Virus record (IMG/VR): IMGVR_UViG_3300010163_000016
Location: 1 to 64,000 of that record
Strand: one strand, 5' to 3'
Source of the DNA: a virus
Lineage: Duplodnaviria > Caudoviricetes
Length of the DNA stretch: 64,000 nucleotides
A model generated the notes under the pieces. The model was not told where the DNA came from. It made no database searches and saw nothing but the letters and a program-made list of their open reading frames with translations. The translations under genes and the position numbers were made by a program. Shown here piece after piece: positions 47,082 to 59,400 of this stretch (position 1 is its first letter; every line of letters starts with the position of its first letter).

Positions 47082-47116
47082 GATGGGGAGACGGACGGCA
47101 GGTCCGTCTCCCCATC
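47082..47116 (+). terminator. Terminator after the capsid gene
   Basis: 15-bp stem followed by TTT. Confidence 0.7.
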
Positions 47117-47140
47117 TTTATGGAATGAGAGGAAAATACT

Positions 47141-47701
47141 ATGCCCGCAAAAAGCACGACGAAGAAGCAGGAAACTGCTCCCCAGGCGGAGCAGACGCCT
47201 GTGAAGGCAAACCCTGGGAAGGTGCGCCTGGATGACAGCGCCCTGATCCGGGTCAAGAGCAACACCTTCGGCACCCTGATCTACATCAACAAGCGCACCG
47301 GGGACAAGACGGAGTGGAATGGCTTCGGCGACGAACAGCCGATGACGATGGCAGATCTGCGCGCCATGAGGGGCACCCAGAACACATTCTTCAGCGACAA
47401 CATGATCGTCATCACGGGGTGTGACGATGAACGCTATCCGGACGCGGCCCCCTCTGATATCTATGACGCGCTGCTGGTGAGCAAATATTATAAAAATATG
47501 CTGGATCCAGACCGGTTTGATACGCTCTTCTCGATGCCGGACGCTGAGATCCGCGAGCGTGTCGGATATCTGACCGGCAACGCCAGGCTGAATCTGGTGG
47601 TGGCCCTGAACAAGGCAGTACAGTCCGGCCAGCTGGATTCCCTGCGGAAGATCCGGCTGTTCGAGGAGCTGCTGGGCTGTGAGCTGGCAAAGCCGCAGTA
47701 A
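47141..47701 (+). CDS. Head-associated hypothetical protein
   Basis: 186 aa in the structural operon. Confidence 0.6.
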   Translation: MPAKSTTKKQETAPQAEQTPVKANPGKVRLDDSALIRVKSNTFGTLIYINKRTGDKTEWNGFGDEQPMTMADLRAMRGTQNTFFSDNMIVITGCDDERYPDAAPSDIYDALLVSKYYKNMLDPDRFDTLFSMPDAEIRERVGYLTGNARLNLVVALNKAVQSGQLDSLRKIRLFEELLGCELAKPQ

Positions 47702-47712
47702 CGAGGTGAAGC

Positions 47713-48156
47713 ATGTCCACCCCCTACAGAAATATCATCCAGAGGGCGCAGTTTCGTGTGACGGATTACGACGTGCTGAAACGCTCCTTCCAGTGCCAGA
47801 TCGATATGATGGCGGAATATCTGTTCTGCGCTGTGGCGGACTTTGCGCCCTACTGTGAATTTGACCTGGAGGATCGGGACGAGGATCTGTTCCAGTTCAA
47901 CCAGGATCTCGACCATGAGTGTATCCAGATCCTGGCCCTCGGCGTCGCCGCCTACTGGATGTCGTCCCGGGTCCTGAACAGCGAGCTGATGCGCAACAAA
48001 CTGTCCGCCAAGGAGTACAGCTACTTCTCCCCTGCCGCCCTGCTGAGCGAAGTGAAGTCTCTGCGGGATACCGTGATGGGAGAATTTAAGTCCGCTGTTG
48101 TCCGGTATACATACCGCCACGGGAATATCGTCCATCCCGGGCAGGAGGCGACATGA
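47713..48156 (+). CDS. Head-tail connector-like protein
   Basis: Position and size. Confidence 0.55.
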   Translation: MSTPYRNIIQRAQFRVTDYDVLKRSFQCQIDMMAEYLFCAVADFAPYCEFDLEDRDEDLFQFNQDLDHECIQILALGVAAYWMSSRVLNSELMRNKLSAKEYSYFSPAALLSEVKSLRDTVMGEFKSAVVRYTYRHGNIVHPGQEAT

Positions 48157-48473
48157 TGCGCTATACATCCTATGTCGCCTCTATGGTTGACCGCGTATTT
48201 AAGCTGCTGCCCCTTCGGGAGCAGTCGGATGGCGATCCCTCCTTTTTGGACGTGTACCTGGACGATCTTGCTGGAGAGATGGCGGGCGCCTTGCAGACTT
48301 TTCCGGAGCTGTATCAGATCCCGGCCTTCGTCGCGTCGGTCAACAGGCTGCAAAATTTAAGCCGCCGGTGGATGGAGATGGATTTTTCTCTATACCGGGG
48401 CGCTGTGCTGAAAATGACCAACGCATTGGCGGGTCTGGTAAAGGAGGACGTGGATGGATCACTGTCATCTTGA
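48153..48473 (+). CDS. Hypothetical structural-operon protein
   Basis: ATGA overlap with upstream gene. Confidence 0.55.
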   Translation: MMRYTSYVASMVDRVFKLLPLREQSDGDPSFLDVYLDDLAGEMAGALQTFPELYQIPAFVASVNRLQNLSRRWMEMDFSLYRGAVLKMTNALAGLVKEDVDGSLSS

Positions 48474-49458
48474 CTACCAGAGCTATCTGGAATCCCTTTC
48501 CCTCTATGGACGTACTGCCCGGGAACGGGATATTGCCAGGGCGAAGGAAGACTTTGCGCGGTCTGTGGTGGACAATCCCGCCTACCAGGAAGACTGCCTG
48601 CGCAATGGCGCGCCCCAGCGGTTCATGATCACCCGCACAGACACGCCGTATAAATGCGGCATCACAGCCTTCCCTGGAGAGGAGCTGTATCCGGGTGATA
48701 TCATCACAGCCTTCGACGAGCATTGGATCGTTTATCAGACGCGGGTAGCCAATCCCATCCAGGCCACGGGCGTGATCTGGCTGTGCAACCACCTGTTCCG
48801 GTGGCAGAACGGCACGCCGGAGATCGTAGAGCGGTGGGGCGTGCTGGACGCCGGCGTCTATTCTACGACAAAGACGGGCGGCTATGAGGTCAACACCCCG
48901 GATGTACAGTATAAGATCTACCTGCCGTTGGATCAGGATACCAGGCGGCTGTATGTGGACAAGCGCATTGCCACCAACATCCGTTACGACGCCAGCGGGA
49001 AGGAGATCCTGGAGGTCTATAAGCTGACGCGGGTGGACCCCACCAGCCAGGCCTATGGGAGGGGCGCGCATCTGCTCCTGCTCCACGCCAGGAGTGACGA
49101 CTATATCGCTGAACATGACAGCCTGGAAGAGCGAATCTGCGGTTATATTCCGACCAAGCAGATGGAAGTGCCCGTACCGCCGGCGGGGCCGGCAGAGTAT
49201 CTGCCGTGCAGGATCTCAGGCCGCTCTGTGATCCGTCTGGGCTCCTCCAGGACCTACACAGTGGACATGGACGGCAGGGCCGATCCCATCTGGCGCATTG
49301 ACCCGCCCCTGGATGGCCTGTCTCTGGAGGGCAGCGGCGTGACCGCGAAGCTCACCGCCGGGGAAGATACGGCCCTGGTTGGCTCTGCCATTGTTCTGAC
49401 GGTGACGGACGCCGCGCGCGTCTATGGGGATGCGCAGATAACTGTGGAGGTGGTCTGA
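48454..49458 (+). CDS. Head closure/adaptor protein with Ig-like C-terminal domain
   Basis: Position; beta-rich C-terminus ending ITVEVV. Confidence 0.55.
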   Translation: MDHCHLDYQSYLESLSLYGRTARERDIARAKEDFARSVVDNPAYQEDCLRNGAPQRFMITRTDTPYKCGITAFPGEELYPGDIITAFDEHWIVYQTRVANPIQATGVIWLCNHLFRWQNGTPEIVERWGVLDAGVYSTTKTGGYEVNTPDVQYKIYLPLDQDTRRLYVDKRIATNIRYDASGKEILEVYKLTRVDPTSQAYGRGAHLLLLHARSDDYIAEHDSLEERICGYIPTKQMEVPVPPAGPAEYLPCRISGRSVIRLGSSRTYTVDMDGRADPIWRIDPPLDGLSLEGSGVTAKLTAGEDTALVGSAIVLTVTDAARVYGDAQITVEVV

Positions 49459-49459
49459 C

Positions 49460-49975
49460 ATGGCCAGAAGCACCCATATCGACCAGCTGGTGGACTACAA
49501 CCAGCGCGTCGTAAGCAAGATCCTGTCTGCGCAGCCCGTGATGGCCCTGATTTCCAACGACCCGGCGCTTGATCTGGACAGCGACGCCGCCGCACAGTGG
49601 GAGGAACATGTCCTGGACCACGCCTGGATCGATGAGACCGTCCAGGAATCCGGCGCGTTCGTAACTGTGGACGTGGACATCCCCGAGATGAGCAGCGGCA
49701 CCATCAAGGAGATGCGCGTCTATGTGGAGGTGCTGGTCAGCAAGACGTTTATGCCCCTCTCCCCTTCCCTGTTCAAGGGCTGCAGGGGGAATCGGAGGGA
49801 CAACATCGTCCGCCAGATCGACCTGCTGATCAACGGCAGCTATGACTTCGGTATTGGCCGTTTGGACCTGAAAAGCATCCGTACCGTCACCACCGCCAAT
49901 AAGTTTGCCGGGAAGCTGATGACCTACGAGGCGTCGGATTTTGCCAGGGATCGGAGCAGGCTGGATGCCAGATAA
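49460..49975 (+). CDS. Tail terminator-like protein
   Basis: Position before the tail tube. Confidence 0.5.
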   Translation: MARSTHIDQLVDYNQRVVSKILSAQPVMALISNDPALDLDSDAAAQWEEHVLDHAWIDETVQESGAFVTVDVDIPEMSSGTIKEMRVYVEVLVSKTFMPLSPSLFKGCRGNRRDNIVRQIDLLINGSYDFGIGRLDLKSIRTVTTANKFAGKLMTYEASDFARDRSRLDAR

Positions 49976-50726
49976 TCATGTGTTGATCGCCGGCTCTTCC
50001 TATTGGGTCGGCGATATTCTCTGCCGCCAGCCTACTCTTGGCGATATCTACAGGGATAAGGATGTTGGCCATGAGATCTATCAGGCATACCTGTATGTGA
50101 TCGGCATGACGGTGGATCGGTTTCTGGATGCGGAGGGGCTCAGGGATGGGTTTGCATCCCTGTCGGCGGAGGAACAAGCCCAGATCGATATTTTGGGCCT
50201 GCTGACCCACCAGTCTGCCTGGCGCTCTCTCCTTCTGGATGCCCTGGATTTCTTTGTAGATGGCAGCCCCCGCTTTGATGCGGCTACTGGCAGGATCGTC
50301 ATAGAGCGGGACGGCGGCAGCCCGGTCCTGCTGACCGGGGACGCCTATGCCGCCCTGCGGAAGGAGATCATGCAGTGCGCCTGCTTGAAGGCGGAGGACG
50401 ACAAACCCAAGGGGTTCTATAACAATGCGGCCAAAAGGCTCTATGAAAAGAGCCTGGCGCTGAAGCAAAAGCGCGCTAAAGCCAATGCGAAATCTGACGC
50501 TGACTACGAGATCTGGAATGTGATCGGCGCTGTATCCGCCCGCCATCCCAGCTACAATCTGCTGAATATCTGGGGCCTGACGGTATTTCAGCTCTATGAC
50601 CAGTTTTCCCGTATCCATGGCGGCATCCAGCTGGACGGCATGATCCACAAGTGGGCCGCGTGGGGCACGGCTCAATTCGATTTCTCCGCATGGTTCAAAA
50701 AGGAACCGTCGGGGTCCAACCACTGA
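49965..50726 (+). CDS. Hypothetical tail-module protein
   Basis: YNLLNIWGLTVFQLYDQF motif. Confidence 0.55.
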   Translation: MPDNHVLIAGSSYWVGDILCRQPTLGDIYRDKDVGHEIYQAYLYVIGMTVDRFLDAEGLRDGFASLSAEEQAQIDILGLLTHQSAWRSLLLDALDFFVDGSPRFDAATGRIVIERDGGSPVLLTGDAYAALRKEIMQCACLKAEDDKPKGFYNNAAKRLYEKSLALKQKRAKANAKSDADYEIWNVIGAVSARHPSYNLLNIWGLTVFQLYDQFSRIHGGIQLDGMIHKWAAWGTAQFDFSAWFKKEPSGSNH

Positions 50727-50746
50727 GATTGATAAGGAGATACACA

Positions 50747-51493
50747 ATGAGTGTAAATTCTGCGACTACCTTTGCCAATCGCGAGGTCTATAACCTGAAG
50801 ATCTGCGATTACAACACCAAGAAGCCCGTCATTTATATTGACTGGGCCAACGGCACCGCCAACGAACTGACCGGCGAGGCTGTATACGCTTATGGAGGGT
50901 GGCAGCACCCCAAACGCGTTACCTTCTACGGCGAGAAGGGCGGCACCCTGACCCTGGAGACCCAGATGCAGTCCTACCAGCTCTACTCCATTATCACCGG
51001 CGCCGCCATTGAGAGCACCGCTAAGTTCCTGGAGCGGGAAAAGGTCACTGCCAACGCCGAGGGCTCCGTGACCATTAAGGGCACCCCTATAGCCGGGTCT
51101 GTCAATGTGTTCGCCGCCGAGGACGACTGCGGTACTCCCCTGGAGGGCGTAACCGTGGCCGACAAGGTGGTCTCCGCCACCGGCATCAAGGCCGACAGCG
51201 ACTATATTGTGTACTACATGAAGGAGTACACCAAAGGCGTCACCAAGCTGAATATCAAGAACACCACGGTGCCCAAGTCCTGCATCATCTACGGCGACAC
51301 CATCTCCAAGACCGAGGACGACCTGATCGTATCCCAGCGTCTGATCGCCTACAAGGCGACGCCCCAGCAGAACGTGTCCTGGAGCTACTCCAACACCGGC
51401 GATCCCGCCAGCCTGTCCATCACCTTCGACCTTCTGTGCGACGAGGACGACAATCTGATGGATCTGATCACCATCGAGGACGAGGCGGCGTAA
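50747..51493 (+). CDS. Major tail (tube) protein
   Basis: AAGGAG RBS, strong codon bias, GDPASLSITFDLL; position before chaperones and TMP. Confidence 0.7.
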   Translation: MSVNSATTFANREVYNLKICDYNTKKPVIYIDWANGTANELTGEAVYAYGGWQHPKRVTFYGEKGGTLTLETQMQSYQLYSIITGAAIESTAKFLEREKVTANAEGSVTIKGTPIAGSVNVFAAEDDCGTPLEGVTVADKVVSATGIKADSDYIVYYMKEYTKGVTKLNIKNTTVPKSCIIYGDTISKTEDDLIVSQRLIAYKATPQQNVSWSYSNTGDPASLSITFDLLCDEDDNLMDLITIEDEAA

Positions 51494-51562
51494 TACCCGT
51501 CCTTCAAAGCCGGGAGCGGAAGCACTGTCCGCTCCCGGCTCCTTTGTGAAAGATGCTGCAAA

Positions 51563-52027
51563 ATGGAAAGAACAAAATTCAACGTAGGCAAGGATATCGA
51601 AAAACGCTCTTGTGATGGACATGTTTTCGCCAGTGTGCTGGAAATGAGGTACTACCAGGAGGTGGTGGTTCCGGGGGTCGCGGACGGGAGCATTCTTCAT
51701 TACGAACTGCAGAAGCCGTACCTTTTGCAAGAGGGATTTTCCTATCAGGGGATGGCCGTGAGGCCCATTGTGTATGTAGCTGATTTTTATCTGGTCTATG
51801 CGGACGGGACTGAGGAGGTCATTGACACGAAGGGCATGGCGGACAGCGTGGCAAAGCTGAAGCGGAAGCTGTTCTGGCATACCTATCCGGATCTTGTCTA
51901 CACCTGGGTCGGGTACTCCAAAATGGATGGAGGGTGGCTGCCCTATGACCAGATACAGAAGCTTCGAAGAAAAAGGACCAGGGCCAAACATAGGGCCCAG
52001 AAAAGGAAGGAATCAGAAAATGGATAA
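51563..52027 (+). CDS. DUF1064-like PD-(D/E)xK protein
   Basis: FASVLEMRYY...YVADF...IDTKG...KRKLF. Confidence 0.7.
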   Translation: MERTKFNVGKDIEKRSCDGHVFASVLEMRYYQEVVVPGVADGSILHYELQKPYLLQEGFSYQGMAVRPIVYVADFYLVYADGTEEVIDTKGMADSVAKLKRKLFWHTYPDLVYTWVGYSKMDGGWLPYDQIQKLRRKRTRAKHRAQKRKESENG

Positions 52028-52715
52028 CAAAAAGAAGGCGGCTGACAGCCGTTTGGATACTCTGCGGGAGATGACGGCGCAGGAAAATGTAGTCGATACG
52101 GTCTATTACTTTGGCGCAGACCGCAAAGAACTGCCCATCCGCATTACCCGCTCTATCCCCTTCAGTGAATACAGCGCCATGGTGCGGAGTATTGCCGACG
52201 CGCTGTGGGATGGCGACACCTATCTGCCTCACATGGGGTTTACTAAGCGTTTGTATGTGTATTCCAACTACACAGATCTGCCTCTGGGCGAGATGGATGC
52301 TGATTTGTGCCGCACAGTCTGCATGGACGATGAACTGTTCCGGTTTGTGACCGGGCTCATAGTCGATGATATGCATGATCTGGATGGCGAGGTGGACGAG
52401 CTGGTTGCCTGGGAGCAGCGGCGAAAGCTCCACAGGTCTTCCAATGAACTGCTCGACACCGCCGCCGCGTTCTTTGCACATCTGGACACCTTGCTGAGCA
52501 AGGTCGAGGAAAGCCTCAAAGCGCCTGACGGACGCAGCCATATGGATCTGCAGGCTCTCGTCAAAGCCATGGAAGCCGTGGGGTCTAAGGATGAGGGAGA
52601 AATCGCCAAGGCGGTCCTGCGCGAACAGCAGAGACGCGCTGCCGCCAAGCCAAAGAAACGCTCTGTCAAGAAAACGCCTGAGGTTGAGCTGGTCGTCACC
52701 GGCGGGGAGAAGTAG
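52020..52715 (+). CDS. Probable tail assembly chaperone
   Basis: Position and helical composition. Confidence 0.5.
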   Translation: MDNKKKAADSRLDTLREMTAQENVVDTVYYFGADRKELPIRITRSIPFSEYSAMVRSIADALWDGDTYLPHMGFTKRLYVYSNYTDLPLGEMDADLCRTVCMDDELFRFVTGLIVDDMHDLDGEVDELVAWEQRRKLHRSSNELLDTAAAFFAHLDTLLSKVEESLKAPDGRSHMDLQALVKAMEAVGSKDEGEIAKAVLREQQRRAAAKPKKRSVKKTPEVELVVTGGEK

Positions 52716-52727
52716 CGGAGGCGTTCT

Positions 52728-53378
52728 ATGCCCATCACAGAGTCGCAGTATACCAAAATGTTGAAGGCCTATATCGCTTCGAGCGAAGGCAGGAAGCGGA
52801 TCGATGAATATATCACAAAGAAGACCGGCAGGCCGGCGGACGTGTTCTACACCGACGATCAGATGCGTTCCATTGCCGCTGAGCTGCGAGACATGGTCGT
52901 TGCGGCCTATAAAAAAGAAGTCCGCACCAAGGGCGCAGATTATTTTGACCTCAGCGAGGTCCATATCGGCACACCTTTGAAACCGCGGACCAAGGACGGC
53001 AAAGTACGGCTCAGGGTCATCTTCAGCGACAAAGCGTTGAGCCGCCGGTCCCTCCACTCCAGCAGGCCGGGCAAAGCCGAAAACCATGGGAGACAATACG
53101 TCTATTCGCCCAAGAACTGGGGCGCAGACTATTTTACCGGCAGGGGCGTCTATGATATTTTCGGCCTTTTTACGCAGGGATATGACGCCAAGCCGGTATA
53201 TGGCGAGTGGTGGGACAACGAGACCGACGCGGGCGAGGCAGACTACAAGGGCTTTCGCGGGCGAAGCCTGCCCCACCGCGCCGGGAGCGGCTTTATCACA
53301 AAAACGATCCGCGAATTTCAAACCAAATATCCATCTATCGAGGTGGAGTACCCCCGTCTGTGGGGTGGTACAAAATGA
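52728..53378 (+). CDS. Hypothetical tail-module protein
   Basis: 216 aa before TMP. Confidence 0.55.
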   Translation: MPITESQYTKMLKAYIASSEGRKRIDEYITKKTGRPADVFYTDDQMRSIAAELRDMVVAAYKKEVRTKGADYFDLSEVHIGTPLKPRTKDGKVRLRVIFSDKALSRRSLHSSRPGKAENHGRQYVYSPKNWGADYFTGRGVYDIFGLFTQGYDAKPVYGEWWDNETDAGEADYKGFRGRSLPHRAGSGFITKTIREFQTKYPSIEVEYPRLWGGTK

Positions 53379-53416
53379 CGCCGGGCTATCCGGCGTCGTT
53401 CTTTTTATGGAGGTAG

Positions 53417-56400
53417 GTGGAACATGCATTGAGCGAAGCCCTTGAATTACTATTTGGCGTAAAAGGCGGCAGCGAAATATCGCCTGGTACATCCGGCGGG
53501 CAGATCAAGGCGGATATCGACAGCATTGTCAAGCAGCTCCATACCGGCGGAAGTCTGGAGCTGACCTTTACCGCCAAACAGGACTCTCTGTCGGCGCTGC
53601 GGGACGAGATCAAGAAGGCCGCTGGCAACATTGAAGTCACCTTCGCCAAGGGAGGCAGTATTGGCGGCGATGGTCCCGGCGGCGCCAAGAGCGCAGATCA
53701 GGAGCTGAAAAGCATCAAGGCCCTGACGGACGGCTGGAAACAATACTATGCGCTCAGGACCAAAGCGACGAATGCAAAGCGCAATGACACGCGGGGTGTT
53801 TATGACAAGGCCGCCTACCGCCTGCGCACTGAGCTGATAGAGCAGGAAAAGCAGTATCAGCTGACAGCCCGACAGACCGTTGTGATAGACCGCCTAAAGG
53901 CAGAGGAACAGAGGAAACTCGGCCTGGCGGTAGAGCTCAGCAGCAAAGCCGCACAGAGGCGCAGCGCGGCAGAGAAAAAGGCCGTCTCTGCGTCTCTTGT
54001 TCAGGTCGCCGAGCTGCGCAGTCAGTATCGAAATTTCCAGAAGGAAATGCATGCGGCTTCCTTCTCCGGTCTGATCAGCCAAAACGATCTTGCCGATCTG
54101 GAAGCTGTCGCCAAACAGGCGATGACCATCAAGAAGATCGATCTGACGGGTGTGGTGAAAGAAACAGACCTTGCGAACATTAACCTGCAAAGGCTTGGCA
54201 AGGTCAACCTGGATCACACCATCAAGACCATCTCCTCCCTCAGATCGAAAGTCAAATCCCTTACGGAGGAGACGATCGGCGGTCAGCGCGCAGCTGCCGC
54301 GGTTTCCAACAGCTACGATAAGCTGGCGAACCGTATGCAGGACTATATGACGCGCATCCAGGCCAGCTTAAAGAGCGATCCGTATACCTATCAGAAACTG
54401 CAGCACATGATAGACCAGGTACGCCTTGGACCAACAGGCGCATATCGGTCCGTCGTTCAGGCGTCCGCGGCATTCCAGCGGCTGCAGGGTGATATCAAGA
54501 TGGCTGGCTTGGAGTCTGAAACGCTGGGGCAGTCGATTACACGAATCTTCAAGCAGAAGTTCGGTTACGGCGTGATCGCGTCTGCCGCGCTGGTCGCGCG
54601 GAGGAGCCTGCAGCAGGTCTACCAAGACGTGGTGGAGATCGACGCCAAGCTGACCGAATTGCAGATCGTTTCCGGCGAGTCCGGTGAAACCATGGTCCGC
54701 TATATGGACAAGGCCGCCGCCAGCGCCAAGCGGGTTTCCGCCGCCATTACCGATATCATCGACGCCACAACGGTTTACCGCCGTCTGGGCTTCAGCATGT
54801 CTGACAGCCTGGATTTTGCGGAACTGACGACGATGTACTCCAAGGTGGGCGGCGTTGAGATCGGCGAAGCGGAGAGCAACATCACCGCCATCATCAAGGC
54901 ATTTAACCTTGAAAACGCGGATAAGCTGCGGGAAGCAATGGACAAAATTGTTAGGATCGGCAACAATTTTGCCATTAGCAGCGCGGAAATCGGGCAAGGC
55001 CTTAACAACGCCGCCTCTGCTCTGGTGGCGGCCAACAACTCCTTTGAAGAGAGCCTGGCTGTTCTGACCGCAGCGCAAGCTATCACGCAGGACGCAAGCA
55101 AGAGCAGTACGGCCATCAGGACCATTGCTGCCCGCCTTACGCAGAGCAATACGGAGCTGGAGGATCTGGGCGAGGAGCTCGACAGCGCCTACAGCACGAC
55201 AGCCAAATATCGTGAAAAGCTTCTGGCAATCACTGGTGTTGACATCCTGAAAGAGAACGGACAGGATTTTAAGAGCACTTTCCAGATCCTGCGGGAGCTT
55301 GCCGGAGCCTGGGAGGGTCTGAGCGACCTGGACCAGTCATCTGTGACCTATATGGTCGCAGGCATTCGCAACTCCAACGTGTTTAATTCCCTCATGCAGC
55401 AGTGGAAGGACGCCGAGGGCGTCGTAAAAGCTGCCGCTACCGCTTCCGGCGCTATGTCGGAGGCATATGAGGTCTATACAGATTCGATTGAAGGCAGGCT
55501 GAATGTTCTGAAGGCCAGCGCCCAGGAATTAAGCGCAGATCTGCTTGATGATGCTGTTGTCAAAGGCGCTGTCAGCGGCGTGACTGCGTTGGTCAATGCC
55601 TTTGATCGTTTGATCGATACCGTGGGCCCCCTCCCTGTTGTTTTGGGTGGAATTGGGCTGGCGGGATTGATCCATTCGGTGGGTGGGGCTAAATGGATTG
55701 CCCTCACAAGTGCGCCCACCTATGTCCCGGCGGTGACGCGGAACGAGTATGTAGCGTGATCGTGCTGCATACAAGGGGACATTGGAAAAACCGGTTAAAT
55801 TGGCCCTGAAAGGGCGGCGAGTTTGGACAATTCTCGTCCGGGAACTGAAAAGAACCCGCAGCGAAGCTCAGGATGAAGATGAAACTGTATTTTCATTGTG
55901 AGAACGTTCAACGACTATAATGCCGGTACGGCACCCCGACGATACAGGGCTCTGTCGTGATGGGATAGTCTGGTCAACCGTCGAGAGGCGGAAAAATTGT
56001 AAGCGGTTCGGCACCGCTGCCAACATGCCGGAATAGAATTAAGGATGCCTGAACCCATCAAAGGAATCAGGCATCCTGCAATGGGGAGTCAGTTGTCATT
56101 TACAATGTCAGAGTAGATTTGCAACTAATGTGGGGTCTTCCTTTAGTATTTTATAGGCGGTCCACATCTCACTAAGTTGTTTCAAATGTGAACTTGGGAC
56201 TGTAACATCTTTGTAGCCCTCACCTTTAAACCGGATCGTAACATTGTCTGCTGTAATCATATCTTCTACGATAGGTTCTAAATCAATCAGCCGAGGATCG
56301 TCATATGATTCCAGACCGTATTTTGACAAATCAACGTTAAAATGCCCATATGGCGCTATCTCCGCAATTGATCCTCCGCTTATATCGGTTATGCGATCCC

Positions 56401-59400
56401 AAAAATCTACATATAGCGTATGTTGTGACTTGTCACAATCAATAACAATCTTATCAATAAACAGCCAGTCTGATTGCCGAAAGCCTAAAAAGAAGGTGAA
56501 AAGTACGTTCTGATTATCATCGACCACGATCCATGGTTCAATATTTCTGTTATATCCTATATCAATGTATTTTGTACTCAGTCCTTTCGGTACTATGTTA
56601 TATTCCTTGTCTATTTTATCATACTGGATTGTGATATCTGCTTTCATGTTTTGCAGGCGTTCAACGGACATTTGGCGGTTTAATTCCGATAATGTGGTTG
56701 AGAATTTTGTATCTAAGGCTTTCCCATTATCGTCAGTGAGCGTTAAAATAGCATCTTGTATATCTCCTGAACGGGCTTGCTCCTCCGCTAAAGCAAATAC
56801 TTCTTCAATAGACCTATTCTTGATTTGCTCAACCGCATCATTTATGAGATCAGCAGGGGTTATCATTAAATAAATAAGAATTTCCCTATATTGCTCCTGG
56901 CTCACCATACTTTCGATTTCTTGCAGTACAAGATGTTGGAAGTTTTCCTGTCTTTCTTTTCTGTCATTGCGGAATGTATCGCTTTGGTAAGATGGATCTA
57001 AATCAGCATAGAGGGCAAAGGCCTCAAGCGTTTTCCCATCAGCAAGCAATTCATTTGCCTGGGATTGGATTTCTTCATAAATCATATCTTGCGCATTGTT
57101 CTTGCAGTCTTGTGCTTTTGTATAATTTAAAATATCTTCTTTGGTAACTTGGGAAAAATTGTCAACTGCTTTCCGATAGTCGCCGTTTTCCAAACAAATA
57201 TCGCCTGATTTATAAGCTTTGCGGGATCTGGAAATGCTCAATATTTCAGTGTCAAACTCTCTCACTTCATGATCTATTAGAAAAAAGTCTAAATAGACGA
57301 AAGCGTCTTGAATGTCTTCTACATTTAAATAAGTGTTTGCATAGTCATTGACTAGGGCAGTTGCTCGTTGTAATGCCTCACTATGCGCCATTTCTGCGAA
57401 CTTAGCATTGTCTTTATTATCATTATAAATTTCAAAGGATCTTTCATATTCACCGCGGGATAGTGCATCCTGAAATCGAAGAATAGGCAAAAAGAAAAAT
57501 GCGGAAACTATGAATGCGATAATGAGAAGGATACATATTGTCCCGCAAATTATCAATATCTTGTTTCTTATTTTCCTTTTCTTTTCTGGTACATTTTCTA
57601 TTTGCAAGTTCCTACTCATTTGCTTTTCCTCCTATATTACGTTTGGGTTCTACTATTTCGTTGCGGTTTGGCCGCCGCAAATAAAAATGACCGACACTAA
57701 AAACAGAACTCATCGGAGCAAACGTAGTATTAGGCAGCGTCCACAATATTCAAACTGCTGTGCAGTGGCTGACACAATATGACGACGCGATTTTGAAGGT
57801 CATTCTGAGTAAAACGACACTCAGCAAAGCAGATCAAAAGGCGGCGCTGGATGCCATCGCCAGGGCCAAGGCAGACCGTCTGGTTTTGGAAGTCAGCAAA
57901 GAACAGATCTTCACAGATGCTGTCGCCGCCGACGCTGACCGCAAAAAAATTGCCGCCGGGTTAAATGCAATCTTTGTTGAAAAGCAGGAAGCAGCCGGTA
58001 TTAAGGCATGTACCCAAGCAGAGCTGGAGCACATGCTGGTCTCCAATGGCGTGAACACAGTCAAGGCGAAAGAGATCGCCGCCAGGTATGCCAACGGCGA
58101 GGCGGCAACGAGAGAGGGGCTCTCCATCAAAGGCGCGGGAGATCTGGCAAAAGCTGCCGCGGCGCGGGTTGGAAAGCTGGTAACAGCGGCCGGCAGCCTC
58201 CCGGCTCTGGCGGCCGCTATCGGTGTCGGCTTCATGGCTGCAAACGCGGTACACGAGGGGTATCAAAAGAGACTTGACGCCTCCAAGGAGAAAAATGAAG
58301 CCCTGATTTCCGAAGTGTCCAATCTGGAGCAGGAGCTGAGGAATGTCCGGGACAGGATCGCAGAGATCAATTCTTTGGATACTCCCACGCTTGCAGATAT
58401 GGAGGAGCTGAAAAACCTCAAGGAGACGAATCGTGAGCTTCAACTGGAGCTGGATACCAAGCGCGAGCTCCAGCGTCTTGCGGCGGCTGAGGCGGAGGAT
58501 AACGCCGCAGCATGGCTCAGAGGAAATCCGTTCCGCATATCGGAAACAACAACCAATCCGTATTCCGGCGAGGCCAGAGTACAGGTCAAGGAAATCAACT
58601 GGAATGAATACGGCGATATTCAGCTCCAGAAATACCACGAGCTCCAGGCACAGCTAAAGTCCGCCCGCGAAGAGGCCGCCGTCCTTGCCGCTTCTCACCC
58701 AGGGCAGGCCGCCCTTGAGGAGGCGCAGGCTAACATTGCCTCCCTGGAGGCGTCTGTCGCCGCGCAGAAAAAGAGCGTCATAGGCTTCTATACAACGATG
58801 AAGGAGAACATCGTTGACGCAATCGGGGATTCCGCCGATACGGAGTGGGGCAAAGAATTCCTGGCCATGTGGGAGAAGTTCCTGGCGGAATATGAGAAAG
58901 TCATTAACGGCCTCAGTCTGGAAAACATCGACCTCAGCGAACATACAGGCGCTATTGCCGCACTGACAAACGCCTTGAACGGCGGCGGCAATACAGACTG
59001 GGAGGGCCTTTACAGGGGCAACTCTGCCGTGAGAGAGCTTATCGATCTGCTCGTTGAGCTTGGCATCATTGACGGTCCCACAACGGACGGCATCCGGTCA
59101 ATCGCAGAAGCCCTGGATCATATGGGTACAGCCGCCGGCAATGCTCACGATGCGCTTTTGCCAACTCTGGAAAGCTTCTCCGCGATCTATGACCGTGTTA
59201 CAGCAAAGACGGATCTCCTCACCAACGCGCAGAACAAGCTGAGCAGCCAGCAGGCTCTGACCAATGAGGAAATCGTAAAGCTTCTTGATGCGTATCCCAG
59301 CCTGATCAGCTGTTATGATGCGGAGACTGGCAAACTGAAAGTCACTGTGGCCGTCCTGCAGGATAAGATCGACGCTGTGATCGCCGGTGAAAAGGCATCC

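Larger units (their letters stand above)
55685..57693 (+). mobile_element. Group I intron in TMP (about 2.0 kb) carrying antisense cargo
   Basis: P1 GGUGGGU/GCCCACC; AACCCGCAGCGAAGC; GUUCAACGACUA; GGGAUAGUCU; 3-prime G at a codon boundary; possible P10 CACU/AGUG. Confidence 0.75.
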
